A model generated the notes under the pieces. It made no database searches, was not told the DNA's origin, and saw nothing but the letters and a program-made list of their open reading frames with translations. 64,000 nucleotides of DNA, from contig MU619253.1 of assembly GCA_025201805.1 (NCBI GenBank), positions 126,202-190,201 on the forward strand, given 5' to 3'. The DNA comes from Parasitella parasitica NRRL 2501 (lineage: Eukaryota > Fungi > Mucoromycota). Both the position numbers and the translations under genes were made by a program. Positions 13,740 to 26,430 of the stretch are shown here, piece by piece. The stretch's first letter is position 1; the number at the start of each line of letters is the position of its first letter.

Positions 13740-15091
13740 CTACAATCTAGCTTGTAACCAATTGCTTATATCTTTAGCAATATGGTCATTTTCAGAGCCA
13801 ATAAGTCCGGGTACTTCTGTGTTTATCTTTGCTATTGCTTCCTCCGCAGAAGAGTGGGAATAAGGCAGGCCCTCTAACGCAACAGAAATAGCTGCAGCAA
13901 TGGTTGGCTCATGCAGCAGATTGTTATTGGTGGAGATGTCTGCCCTAATTATTTTTCCATGTCTGGAGATGATATGGGATTTCTAGCGGGTTACGTATAA
14001 GCATCTTTATCAAAACAATGTATTCACAACTCTCTACTTACCACATGTCCCCACTCAAAGTCAGTCTCCATTGTATTTGTAAATTCTGGTGTTTGTCCAT
14101 AGATCCAATCCCAGGTCTTGAGCTCCTGTCTCGTTTCTTTTACTTTATTTGGGAGATCAGTTCTCTGATCGAATTTAATTGGCTGTGTTGGCCCCTTTTA
14201 GTATATCGTATGTGCCTTTGTTGCAACAAAAAAGTGTTGCACAACCCATTTACCTCCACCGCCATGCCGTCATTGTATGCATCTACAAATTCAGCCAGAA
14301 CTGATTCGCAAAATTGCTGATGATCTACTGTAAAAGAGTAGTCCCTGAGGTTGGTTACTGGAGAGGGGACCGATTCAACACCCTTCGAGACAATCCCATT
14401 CTATAAATAATGTTATACATGCAGCTACACACACTTTTTTTCGTCAGCTAATTACGTTATTCATTCTTTTTTTAGATAAACATCCTTTCAGCATCTCAAT
14501 TTCTGCGTCAATTAGCATGGTACCATGATGATAGGCTCTAGAACTTGTAATTTTGTAGGCACTTCCCGACACCTTGTGGTTATCTACTACAATATCATGG
14601 CGTTCGTTCATTTTTGCTGGAATATCGAGTTGATTTAATGCTCTTGCCACAAGCTGCGCATTGGCTTTCCTTGAAAATGCTTCACGAGGCATAAAAATCG
14701 TGTAAATTGAGTTGCCCATATCCTACATAGACTTAATGGCAATTCATGCAATCAAAAATGAGGGTCTTACATGATACACTGCTCCTCCTCCAGACCTTCT
14801 ACGCACAAGCGGTATGTTGTTTTCTCTCATAAATTGCAAATTGCATTCCTGAAAGGGGTTTTGGTTCCTACCTACCACTACACATGGCTTGTTTCTCCAT
14901 AAATAGAGCACATAACGATCAGGCCTTGTTTCTCGTAACAGGTATTCTTCAATAGCCAGATTTGTGTAAGCATCGTTAATGGTTGAGATGTAACAATCGA
15001 CTTTATTATATCTAAGCTTTGACGTGGAAAACAGTCTTGATGAAGTTTTTGTCAACAACGCAGGTTTATAAAACAACAATCGAAATGTCAT
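13740..15091 (-). CDS. AIM22: Lipoate-protein ligase A (Aim22/Lip3/LIPT1-like) with mitochondrial presequence
   Basis: NLAIEEYLL, LWRNKPCVVVGRNQNP, RRRSGGGAVYHD, KVSGSAYK, HHGTML; Arg/Ser-rich N-terminus. Confidence 0.92.
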
Positions 15092-15188
15092 GCCGCAAAA
15101 CCAACAAAGTGGAGGGGAAAAAAAAACATATTAATGATATTTCGCTGTAGATATTAAGACTCTCTTTTTTTTTATTTTTAATCCGGGA

Positions 15189-16391
15189 TTATAATTCTTG
15201 ATCTACAAGGGAAGCTTCTAATGAGAATGCTGCATCTTTCAATACATGTTTAAACACCCTGTAATGGTGGTTTAGGCTAGCGTGTGCATGGATTTTGTAA
15301 TTTGTTCCAAGAGAGCCGGTTTTTGAGGGTATACTGTAAAATACTCGAGACACACGGGAATGAACAAGGGCCATTGCACACCTATCAATCAATGAATAAT
15401 CTGTCACCAAGACAATCATGAAAAAGTATCTTACATTGCACATGGTTCATGCGTTATATAAATATCATATCCTGTACAAAGATAAACTGTCTTTTTTGTT
15501 GACTCAGCATCATCCGCTGTCATCTGATTTACTGTTCTTTTCATTCGCCCATTCCCACCATACAATTTGCTCTCATTGTGTGCCACATGATTGATGCTAT
15601 TCATTACTGCGTGATGAAGTGGATGCTCGGTTCTAGTATCGCCCTTTTCAGCTATTATTTTGTTAGTATTCGGATCTACTATCCGACAAACGACCGTAGC
15701 CCTCTCATTTGCCAAGATGGCTTGCATGTGGCTGTGAATTATGTCAATGTCCTGCTGTGTGAACTTGGGATCTAATCGAGTATCCTCTCTGAATGACATT
15801 GGCCACAAATGATTCCAAGCTTCAAACTGTTGTCTATTAAGTGGCGCATGTCTAGATACAGAAACAATACTAATTTTACAGTTTTCAAATTGATGTTCTT
15901 TCAATATTTGCTCCAGTGTCTGCTGCTGTAAGTTTTCTTTTAAGCACATTATAACTTCCAATTTAAACCCTATTGATTTCGTAAGCAATTTTTGGTCAAG
16001 CAAAAAAAAAAAAAGAGCTTTACCTGGCTCTGTATCTGGCTTGCTTATACGTCTAATCTTTTTGCAATGCTCCAGGCCTTCTACTGGTGGCAGTTTGGTT
16101 TGTGCTAATCTACGAATCGGTGCGTCAGATAAGTCAGTTTTATTTGTACGTGATTTACATACTTCAAAATAATATTGGTTTGTTTTGGTTCCACCTGTAC
16201 TGTATAAACTTCGGTAGTCTCTAGTTGGCGTTCGTATTCGTCTGCTAAAACTTCTTCAAATGGCCATTTTTCACGGGGAATGAATGCGTCTAGCTGCTTC
16301 TTGGCTTCAATTGTTGATTAAGTCGTATATATCTCGCTTGATAAACTTTATTGATTTTACCTTGCTTTGATCTATTAGCTGGTGTATCCAT
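15189..16391 (-). CDS. TAD3: tRNA-specific adenosine-34 deaminase, non-catalytic subunit (Tad3/ADAT3)
   Basis: HCKKIRR, QFEAWNHLWPM, HPLHHAVM (Val replaces the catalytic Glu, as in Tad3), [34 protein letters not shown]. Confidence 0.92.
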
Positions 16392-17293
16392 TATAAGAAG
16401 AAAATGCAGCAATGTGGTTCTTCTTAAGCAAAAACTGAAGAGCTCTCATTTGTGGCTTGTTGCTTTTGCCGCACTTTTCTGCTTGGGATACTTGATTGTA
16501 AAGACAAGCAAATACAATGCCAGATTATCTATAATTTCTATGACTAGGTGTTTGGTAATATATTGAGTGTTGATGACACAAATTAAGCGTCAATCATAGT
16601 CAAGTAACCATTTTTTCAACATAGCGATATGTTGATTTATAGTCGTTTTATTACTTGACGTTTCACTGTTTTTGCATTGAACTTCCACTCTTCATATTTG
16701 AGCCTAAGTACAACAACCGTTTCAAGTAATAAATACGACTTACTCCTTGATCATATTATGTAAATCACCTTGGAAAATTAAGATGCTAACTATTTCAAGA
16801 ATTACTTAAAACATACACACTTTCCTACAGTATTGAACCATTTTCTTATAATTAAAATAGTGTTTGGAAGCACCGTTAAGATCAAGTTTGTTTTACATTT
16901 TTACAACCAAAATTAAATTCATCAATTCATAAGATATTTTCAAACTAGAACGATCCCTGGCTAAACATGTCAAACACAATTTGTTTATATTTTACACAAT
17001 GAAAGACATAATTGATTAAAGAAGAGATTACAGATGTTGATTATGGTCGAATTGTAAAAGTTTGGGAGTGCGCATCCTTACTAAGTTTGTTATCAGAAAA
17101 ACTATAGTCAAAGGTATTTTAGATCCATACCTTGAAGCTGAGTTTCTCCTCATGCTAAGAACTTAACTTCGAGTCTCGAAAAACATTCATGGCTGCCACG
17201 CTTATTGGCTGTTTGGAATGTTAGTGAGATTTTTCAGGATTAATTTTCTTGCTGCTTCATTTTTTTTACCTGCTTTTACACAAACTTGCAATC

Positions 17294-17750
17294 ATGTCTT
17301 CGGCGTACGACCACGTCAAGAAGGGATCGCTCAAGTTCAAAGGTGGCAATTCTACATCAATCAAGTAAGTTACAGAAACACATATATTCAATACGGGATG
17401 TTTAATTTTATTTTATTTTTGTTTTCTTAAAGAAAAAAGAAAAAACCTTCTAAATCCAAAGAAAAGGTGGAACGAGCTTTGCGTGAAGAGCAAAGCAAAC
17501 TAAAACAAGTGTATCAAGATGTTGAAAAGACAGAATCTGAACGCAAGTTTGAAGAGATTAAACGTCAAAGGGTAGGTAGTTTACTGTTTTCTTAACATGG
17601 GACTCAATGCTTGAATTTTCTTTATTCTAGCAAATGGAAAGAGTGTCTAAAGCAGCTACCAAATCGCATAAAGATCGAGTGCAAGAATTTAATCAAAAAC
17701 TGGAACAATTAAGCGAACATCACGATATTCCTAAAGTTGGCCCAGGCTAA
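17294..17750 (+). CDS. FAM32A: FAM32A / DUF1754 family small nuclear protein
   Basis: MSSAYDHVKKGSLKFKG; KSHKDRVQEFNQKLEQLSEHHDIPKVGPG*; two introns. Confidence 0.9.
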
Positions 17751-17796
17751 TAACGATTACAATAAAGCTTTTATTATTTTTTTAAACAATAAAAAG

Positions 17797-20173
17797 TTAT
17801 TGCCTCGTTGGATGAGAAGGTTCTTTCACATACCACGAAAGTTTCTACCGGTAAATCAGTTTAGCAAGATGGTTCCAACAATTACAACAACAACAAAAAA
17901 GAAACTTACAGTGTTTGTGCCTCTTTTCTCTTTAACTGCGATGTTCTTGATTTTTGCTGCCAGTAATCGTTTGGATACGTCCTTTAATACGGAGTTTGCC
18001 TTGGCTTCATTGATCAAGTCGGGAATGTTTTCAGATGATTTTTCATTGATAACCTTTATCAGGGCAATTGAATACACACATGCTGACTATAGATAAATTA
18101 CAAGTGTACTTACGCTGATCAATGCATTTGTATGTTCGTCTGTAAATTCAATCTTGTGCGGCGTTGAAGCGGGTGAAGCGGTATTATTGTTTGGCGAGCA
18201 AGAAACGGGTTCTTTATAAAATGGATTAAATCCTTCTCTTGGTACATCTACCATAAACTGCGTCTCAAAAGGCCGCATTGCCTCGTCTTCCATTGCTGCT
18301 TCTCCTTCAAAAAAAGGACCAAGAACAATTTTGCGAAAAGCAATGCGTTTGGATGAATTTTGTAAATCTGAAGGTTTACTCAGTTTTTGTTGCCTATCTC
18401 CTTCTTCCACGCCCTCATTATCCGAAAGATACCCTTCTGGTACAAGCCAGCCAGCCTAAAGGGAAAAATGTACTAAGAAATATGATTAATAGACAGCCAA
18501 ACTTACTTACATCCTCTGGATCTATCATGTCTGTATTAGGATCATCGTCATCTTCATCACCACTATGAATATCTTCGCCCTCCCCCTCAGGTTCCCATTC
18601 AGCTTCACTATCTATATCGTAATCGAATTTGTCTATGTCCTGAGCAAACGGTCTTCTACTATTCACAATACAACTTTGCTTGGTGAATGTGCCATAGTAC
18701 GCAGGTCTGACATTTTCAGCAAATTGCAATAATTTCATTCGTAAAATCATGCGTACACTGGGTACATGCAATATATCAGATGCTCCTGGTAATAATAAAG
18801 TTCGCACATCTACATGCGTAGAAACACCTCTCTTTTGCTTTGATTCAGGTGAGATTTCAGATATTAAATTTTGAATAGATACAGTAGATGGGTTGTTGAT
18901 AGCGTTTTTAAATTGACTATAACTGGTGATAGTGTTGTTATTTGATGACTGAGCTGAAAAAGTGTCTATTATGTGAACATGGTCTTTGATGTAAAAAGCT
19001 GGGAATAGAGTAGGTTTTACGGGCTCTATGATTTTTTGTTCTACGTGATGAGGGGAAGCGTCTTGTATGGGTGTAGTCTTTTGAAATAAAGATGTCAATC
19101 TTAGTTGGGATTGTTCCTTTTTGCGCTTTTCTTCTTCACGCTTCTTCTTTTCTTCAGTGCGAATTCGTTTTTCCTCTTCCTTTTGCTTCTTCTTTTCCTC
19201 TTCCTTTTGCTTCTTTTCTTCCTCTCGTTGCCTCTTTTCTTCCTTCTTTTTCTTTTCTTCTTCTTTTTTCAGTCGTTTTTCTTCTTTATCTTGCTCTGTT
19301 TCCACCTGCTTGGATCGAGTCGCATCTTCCCTATCTTCTTTGTATATGGATCTGTTGCGATGTTTGGTATTTACAATAATTGATCTCTCATTAGATGGCA
19401 AATTTTGAATGTAATTGGAAACTTTTTCGGTCATATCGTGTCTATGTTTTCTTCTTTCCTTTACCGTCTGTTGCATATCAATCGGCAGTGTTGAAATATC
19501 GTTGACTTCCCATCTATGGATGCTCAAATGCCAAGGTATATTCGCCATTGAATGTTCGGTAGAGTCAAAAACTTGTTGGCTTAGACCATAAGAACATCTT
19601 TGAGCTGTCTGTCTAATGATCTTTTCAATTGCAACATCGTATTTATGAGCCACTAATTAAATATGAGTGCAACTGAACATCTTTATCGCGGTTACATACT
19701 TTTTTCATTTCTTAAAAATGGGGACAATATGTCATTAATACGAGCTGTAAGAACTGTGAACGGCTCCTCACTATCTTGTGTAAGTGCTGCAATCAAATCC
19801 ATGTATACTGGTGATATCTCGACTGTCTGCTGAAACATTTCAGCTGTTCCCTCTGTATGTGCTCTTAACTGTCTAAATAACATAATTTCTATAAAGTGGG
19901 TAGATAAGCTTCTTTTTCTCATGGTACTTTTACTCGAGCTCTTACTCTCTGCCACAGCATAATGGTTCTCAGCTCGAAGTTTTGGTTCTATAAAATACAA
20001 TTTTCCATCTTTTATGTATTCGCAATGAGGAGTGTTATTGTCAGGCACTTGTACTGATGATGTGGATGAGTCGATTAAATCCAAGCCATGTCTGTTTGCG
20101 TTGTTCACTTACATGTCTCCATTTTTACTGAAATATGTTTGACTGATGTTGGTTCTTTATCCAACAAATCCAT
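17797..20173 (-). CDS. RLF2: Chromatin assembly factor 1 large subunit (Cac1/Rlf2/CHAF1A)
   Basis: KER coiled coil; PIP-like QLRLTSLF; MKLLQFAENVRPAYYGT; DYDIDSEAEWEPEGEGEDI; C-terminal winged helix ending KIKNIAVKEKR..KLSWYVK. Confidence 0.92.
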
Positions 20174-20387
20174 GCTAATTGTTGAAAAAAATATCAAAAA
20201 TTGAAATTGAAAAACAAATTGGAATCCTTAATCGCGATGCGCGCCTAAATGCACATGAACTGGTCGAAGTTCTTTGATCCTTGAGTGTGGTATCACCACC
20301 AGTCACCTATGAAGTGAAAGAAGCTACTGCTGTTGATGTTTGATTTTTCCTTTACATTTTTCCTTACCATAAACACCCTCATTAACC

Positions 20388-23300
20388 ATGTTAGAGGGTC
20401 AGCACACAGTAAATGCCGAGCAGCTGAACAGATTTTACCATAGAAATAACAATGTAGAAATATAAGCAGCCCTCTTTTTTGTTTTTGTTTTTATTAACCT
20501 TGGTATATTCTAGAAACCACAGCAGCATATAAAATACGATTACTATAAACCAGATGATATCGAGGAAGAAATCAATGAATTTATATCTTATTCCGAAGTC
20601 AAGGTTGAATTAAAGCAATATCAGCAAGAGTATAACGAGCATTTCTCACGTAAGATTCTATGCTCAAGTCATGTAAATGTATTTTGACAACCCATATTTC
20701 TCATTTTTAGCATGGAATGAATGCAACAAGGATGAGAAACGAAATATCATTCAAAACTGTGGAGACCATCTTGACCTTCTAGACGACGAACAAAGGCTAT
20801 GCGCAACGAAGAGATTAGCTTATATTTCCTTGGGTACGAGGGACCGATGTTACCATAGTAACCAACACTAAATAAACAAAATAGGAAGCTATGGCGAATA
20901 TCGTGGAATTGAAAAGAAGCAAGCTCATCTACAGTCCATCGAGCAAAACAATCAATTTCTATTCAAGATGGATATTTTAGCAGCAATAAAGCAATGTTTG
21001 AATCATGCTTGCAAAAAGCTCGAAACTCCCTCAATGTAAAAATATATACGAAGTTAATGGTGTATTCACTCACTAAAAAATTTATTATAGATCTTCTCTT
21101 CCAGATTTAGTGACATTTCATTGTAAAGAGATTGACATGTACTTGACAATCCTTTTTTTGATTGTATCCTTCAACAAGAAGGACATTGAAGATGGTGGTC
21201 TGTCTGAATTTTTGTTTGATCTCGTAATTAGATTGAAAGAGCACTTTACAAAGACATTTCCTCTGAAAAAAGTAAGAAAAGTGGCAATAGCATAGGATGG
21301 CATCGTATCTATTCACGCATACTGCATTTTGCTAGTTGATGATTGCATTGCACAAAGTATTGTATGTCAGCTTAGGTTCTCTGGATGAATCGCACACTCA
21401 ATTGAAATTGTCTATACGCACAATTTGCAATTTACCATTGATAACAGATAAATCAAATGCAGTGAAATGTACGCCTGAAGAGTTATTCCAATTTTACCAC
21501 CAAGCAAGCGAAAGATATCCAACCTTCACACCTATCAACCCACCAAGTAAATGCGCTGACCCTCTAACTGTAACAGCATCAACCCGACTCTCTAAAGCCA
21601 TGGGACTCTATAAAACATCGAAAAATATCGATTTACCATACCAGACGTTATTTCCCTCCAAGAATCAACAATCTTCAGCTACAACTGTCTTAAATGGTGC
21701 TAGTAAAAAGCAACTTGCAGTGGAAACCAATGTATTACCCTTTACCGAATCTAGCGCAATAGAGCCCTTTAGCTTGTCAGAAGCAAGCACAGTGTGGATG
21801 AAGCATTTGTACATTTCAATAGCTAATTACCAAATTATTTACGAACGTGAGAAGGCTATTTATAGATGGTCTAGATGGAATGATCAACGCCAGCAACCGC
21901 AAACTTCCGAAGAATGGGATGATATGGTGTACCATCATTTAAGCTCGAAGGAACAATGCAAAATCAAACGAATTGATCGATTATACGAGAACATTGTACC
22001 TAACTTTCAAAGTATAGTTGTAGTTGTACTCAAACTATTACTATCCACTGTGTCTATTGGAAAAGATAAAGAAGCCGAGATACTGGAAGATATTAACATA
22101 ACTCGGAACAGAGAGTCAATCTCTAAGGCTGTGTCTGGCATACTACTGTTATTACTGAAGTGGTTCAAAACATCACATGTGCTTAAGTTTGAATACCTGT
22201 CTCAAGTCCTGATTGATTCAGGTTGTATGCTTTTAATATTAAAGCTGCTGGGTCTGCAAGAAGTTGCTCTATTAGCTTCCAAAAAGACAGACGATGACAG
22301 CCAAAGGTATATTACAATATGGCTTTTATATGAAAATAGCAAAGTTAATTGTTTTGAACAGCTTTCTAGGCTTTACACAACAAATACGCCCAAATGACGA
22401 CGCTGATGATGATGAGCAAGAAAATCACACAAACAACCGAAACTTATGCTGGACTATCAATTTGCTGAGGGTCCTTCAAATGCTCACCAAGAGAAAAACA
22501 CATCGTATTTTGCTGCTAGTTCAATACAAGTCGTCGGTAAGTTTTGGATTAATGCGAGCCAAGTATACACAATTTTAACGGGTTTATTTCAGGCGATCCT
22601 GAAAAGATTACTCAAAGTTGGTCATCCCATTGTTGATCTATACGTTTTGAAAAACCTCAAAAACCAGGTTCCTTTTATGGGGCGTAAGTGGCGATCAGGT
22701 AAGTGAAGGTATGCTATGATGTTCACACGAAGGCAATTGACCTTGTTATTACTGCAGCAAACATGAAGACAATCTCAGCGATATACTTTCACTGTCAAAC
22801 TAGTTTAAATGATGATTGGCTGTCCAGTCCTGAAGGAAGTGTTGATGTAGATGAAAGTGCTGTAAGTGATCATTTTATGTCACACCAACGAGTTTATTCA
22901 CCCATCTTAGATGAAAGAGATCAATCTACGTTTGCTTACTCGATTATATAATGGACAACGTTATTTACCAAATATCTTACCCAATATGGATGAAGTGAGT
23001 GGACCTGAGAACACCTTGTTTTACGGCAATAGTTACACTACCACCATCAACAATACGCATGATAGTAACAGTAAAAAGCTGCCTGAATACACCCTGAATG
23101 AGCCCACTTTCATTGATGATATTGAATTGGATGTAAATTTTAAACAAGACTATCGAGACTGGCTTGAACGAGACGTCTATTCAACCGACAGCGAGGGTGA
23201 AGATAGAGGCGAAGACGAAGACGAAGATGAAGATGAGGATGAAGGTGACGAAGATGAGGATGAGGATGACCAAGCGACGACAGCTGAAAATGACTTTGAT

Positions 23301-23768
23301 ATCGGCACACCAGCACCTAATACCACTCCTTTAGCACTTTCTGCAGAAGACCTTGCTCATGAGATCAACAAACTATACATTGAAGAGTTACACCGTGAAT
23401 TCGAGGAGAAGCAAAAAAAACAAGAGTTGCTGGAGCAACAAGAAAAGCAACGACTATTAGAACAAGATGGTTGGGGCACACCCTCACCAACAGTATCAGT
23501 GTCAGACTCATGGGGATGCTCTCCTAAACAGAAGGTTGTATTTGACGATGAAGAAGACGCTGACGAAGTCGAACCAGAATTCGATCCATTAGAAGACATA
23601 GATTGGAGTAGTCTGACGAAAGAAGACTTGGAGAGACGACTCTTAATAGTGGAACAGAAAACAGTACAAAGATGGAGTAATATAGCGGTAGACGACGAGA
23701 GATATCTCAAGGTACTGAACACGTTTGAAGGTGAGGTTCCTACGGACGACGAGGGCTGGCCAATCTAA
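20388..23768 (+). CDS. FAR11: STRIPAK component Far11/STRIP1 (N1221 plus DUF3402), multi-exon
   Basis: EEEINEFISYSE, LAYISLG, FPLKK, LLKWFKTSHVLKFEYLSQVL, INLLRVLQMLTKRK, QVPFMGRKWRSANMKTISAIY. Confidence 0.9.
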
Positions 23769-24505
23769 CAGAGCCTGATAATAAATTGTACCTTTTGTTA
23801 TGCTTATTTGCTTGAAATTATTGTGTTTGAGTGACAGTTACGTGGTATGGTTGTACAACGATTGTACCACTTGTTGAACAATCATAGCCATTTGGTGAGC
23901 TTGACACCATTTGAGAAAAATCAACTTTTGTCGGCCAGAAGATCCGCTTGAAGCTAACAAAGAACTTTCTGATCTTGCTTGACTAGAAGGAAGGAGGGAG
24001 TGAATGGTAATTGAATTAATTGACAGGTGTAATTAACCGTTGATGAGCGATCGATTAGGTGAAATGCTGTCATGATGGAGAAATCATCATTGTGCTGACC
24101 CAGATTCGGACTCGAGCCACTAAACCCTTTGCCAGACACGTTAAATACCTGCCGAAGACATAAGTGTAACCTCTGTTTATTGAGAGAAAGGATGTAAAAT
24201 TTCCAATTTCTCGCTATATCTTTTAAGTGAAGTTATTAACACTTTACAGCTCCTAATCATTGTTTACTGATTCATTGGCATGAAAGTAACTGGAGAAATT
24301 TGCATGTGATAGAAGCCTTTACAACCTGTGATACCCTTATCATCCTCTCCGCTCCAATTTCAGTTAATTTGACGATCGAAAAAAAGCATTAAAAGTGGGG
24401 CCTCGTTCTGTTTCATTTCATCTCTTTTTCTCTCCCTTTCTCTCCCTTAACCTCTCTCAATTCACTTTTAAATACTTACTCACTCACGCATGCCAATACA
24501 TCTCA

Positions 24506-26234
24506 ATGATTAAAATACCCATTTTAGACCGTCTATCATTCAGAGATTATCAAGGGTAAAATTAACGACGATTGAATCACACTACTTTACAAACACACAT
24601 TTGTATATTTAGATTGGTTTTTACCATACTCTTCTTTTTCTTTGAAAGTATCATTCGAATAATTGTAATGATTATGCCCAAGTTTCTGATAAAAGGAATT
24701 GATCTTTTAATTGATTCGTAAGTTGGAGACTACATATGTTAGATCTAGATGAATGATGTATCATTAACGCAACCTCGACACAGTCTTTTTCCTTGGTTAT
24801 CCAAAGTTGAAAATGAACCCCATGTGAGCCCATTAGAAAAAGCGGAAGGCTTCGAAAAGATGGTTCGCCATTGGTAAGAAGTTTTTGTTCGACAACACGA
24901 ATAACGAAATAACATACTTTTTATTCAGGAAAAAATATAATTGCGAACAACATCTAGTTCGTACTTTGGATGACTATCTGCTATGTGTTCATCGTATTCC
25001 ATCTGTCAGGGACGAGAATGACGAAAATGCCAAAAGAGAAAAAGCGTCTCAAACAAAAAAAGGCATCGATGTAATTGACAATTTAGATAAATTCATCCAG
25101 CACAAGATACCAAAAGCTGAAGGGGGATATAAGGGAAAGCCAGTCGTTTTATTGTATCATGGATTCTTAATGTCCTCTGAGGTTTGGGTTGCCAACACTG
25201 AGGAATACAATAACCTGCCATTCGTCTTGGCCAAGCAGGGCTATGATGTATGGCTTGGCAATGCTCGTGGAAACAAGTATTCTCAATACCATGTTCATCA
25301 TAGTCCTCGACATCAGCCTTTCTGGAATTTTTCACTGAACGAATTTGCCATGAGAGACATGCCTGATACCGTAGATGTAAGTAGAGAAGCCGTGGCTTTG
25401 CTGTTATTGTCTGTTAATGCATTACACTAGTACATTTTGGCCGAAACTGGTGCTCCTAGTTTGACTTACATTGGATTCTCTCAAGGTACTGCACAGGCAT
25501 TCGCAGGTCTTTCTGTGAACTCTGATCTGAATAGAAAGGTAAACCTGTTCATTGCCATGGCACCTGCTACCACGCCCAAGGGCCTCAAACATCCGTTGAT
25601 CGATGCGTTTGTAAAAGCAACTCCCAGCGTCATTTATCTCATGTTTGGCAGAAAAACGCCGCTAAAACTAGCACTCTTTTGGCAACGTATCATCAGCCCG
25701 CCTTTATTTGTTAAAGTCATTGATGCGAGCGTTCGCTTCTTGTTTGGCTGGACAGGAGACAACATGTCTGCTGACCAGAAGACAGTAAGCTACCAGCATT
25801 TATATTCTCTCACAAGCGTAAAGTCTCTTGTACACTGGTTCCAAATTATTCGTACAGGACAGTTTCAAATGTACGATGAAATGCCAAGCAGACTACCGTA
25901 TCATACTGTGAATGCCGTTGCTGATCATATACCACCTCGCTTTCCTACCTTACAGATCAAAACACCCATTGCTATCTTTTACGGTCGCTCAGATTCTTTA
26001 GTAGATTTCGATGTACTGTCAGCTGATTTACCCTCTCCTTTGGCTTACGTAAAATCAATCGAAAAATGGGAGCATTTGGACTTTTTATGGGCAGAAGGCA
26101 TAGAAAAAATTGTCTATCCAGATATTATCAAACTATTGCGCCAATTCAACCCTCATTATGAAGGCCCTCTGCATCAAAAGGAAGGGCACAAAAACAGTGA
26201 TATTGAAGAGCAAACTTTACTTGGAGAACTGTAA
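24506..26234 (+). CDS. TGL1: AB-hydrolase lipase / sterol esterase (Tgl1-like) with N-terminal membrane anchor
   Basis: VRTLDDYLLCVHRIP, LYHGFLMSSEVW, GYDVWLGNARGNKYS, nucleophile motif GFSQG, C-terminal WEHLDFLW. Confidence 0.88.
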
Positions 26235-26430
26235 ATTTATAAGCTTTAATTATCACACTTCATTCTAGATAAGCACCGCCCTACCCAATATAATATAATA
26301 AATTCATCAAGACAATCATTAACAATCAATATGCAAATGATGCATGCAATGCACGGAGGTGATTTACACTGCATATCATACGGAGTAAAAAAAAACACTA
26401 GATATAGTTTGTATACGTTTTTTGTTTTTG

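Noticed and set aside
15590-15625. Deaminase lacking the catalytic Glu (HAV instead of HAE)
   Set aside because: Normal feature of Tad3/ADAT3, not novel
19092-19408. Phe/Leu/Ser-rich plus-strand ORFs resembling membrane proteins
   Set aside because: Antisense shadow of the K/E/R coiled coil of CAF-1
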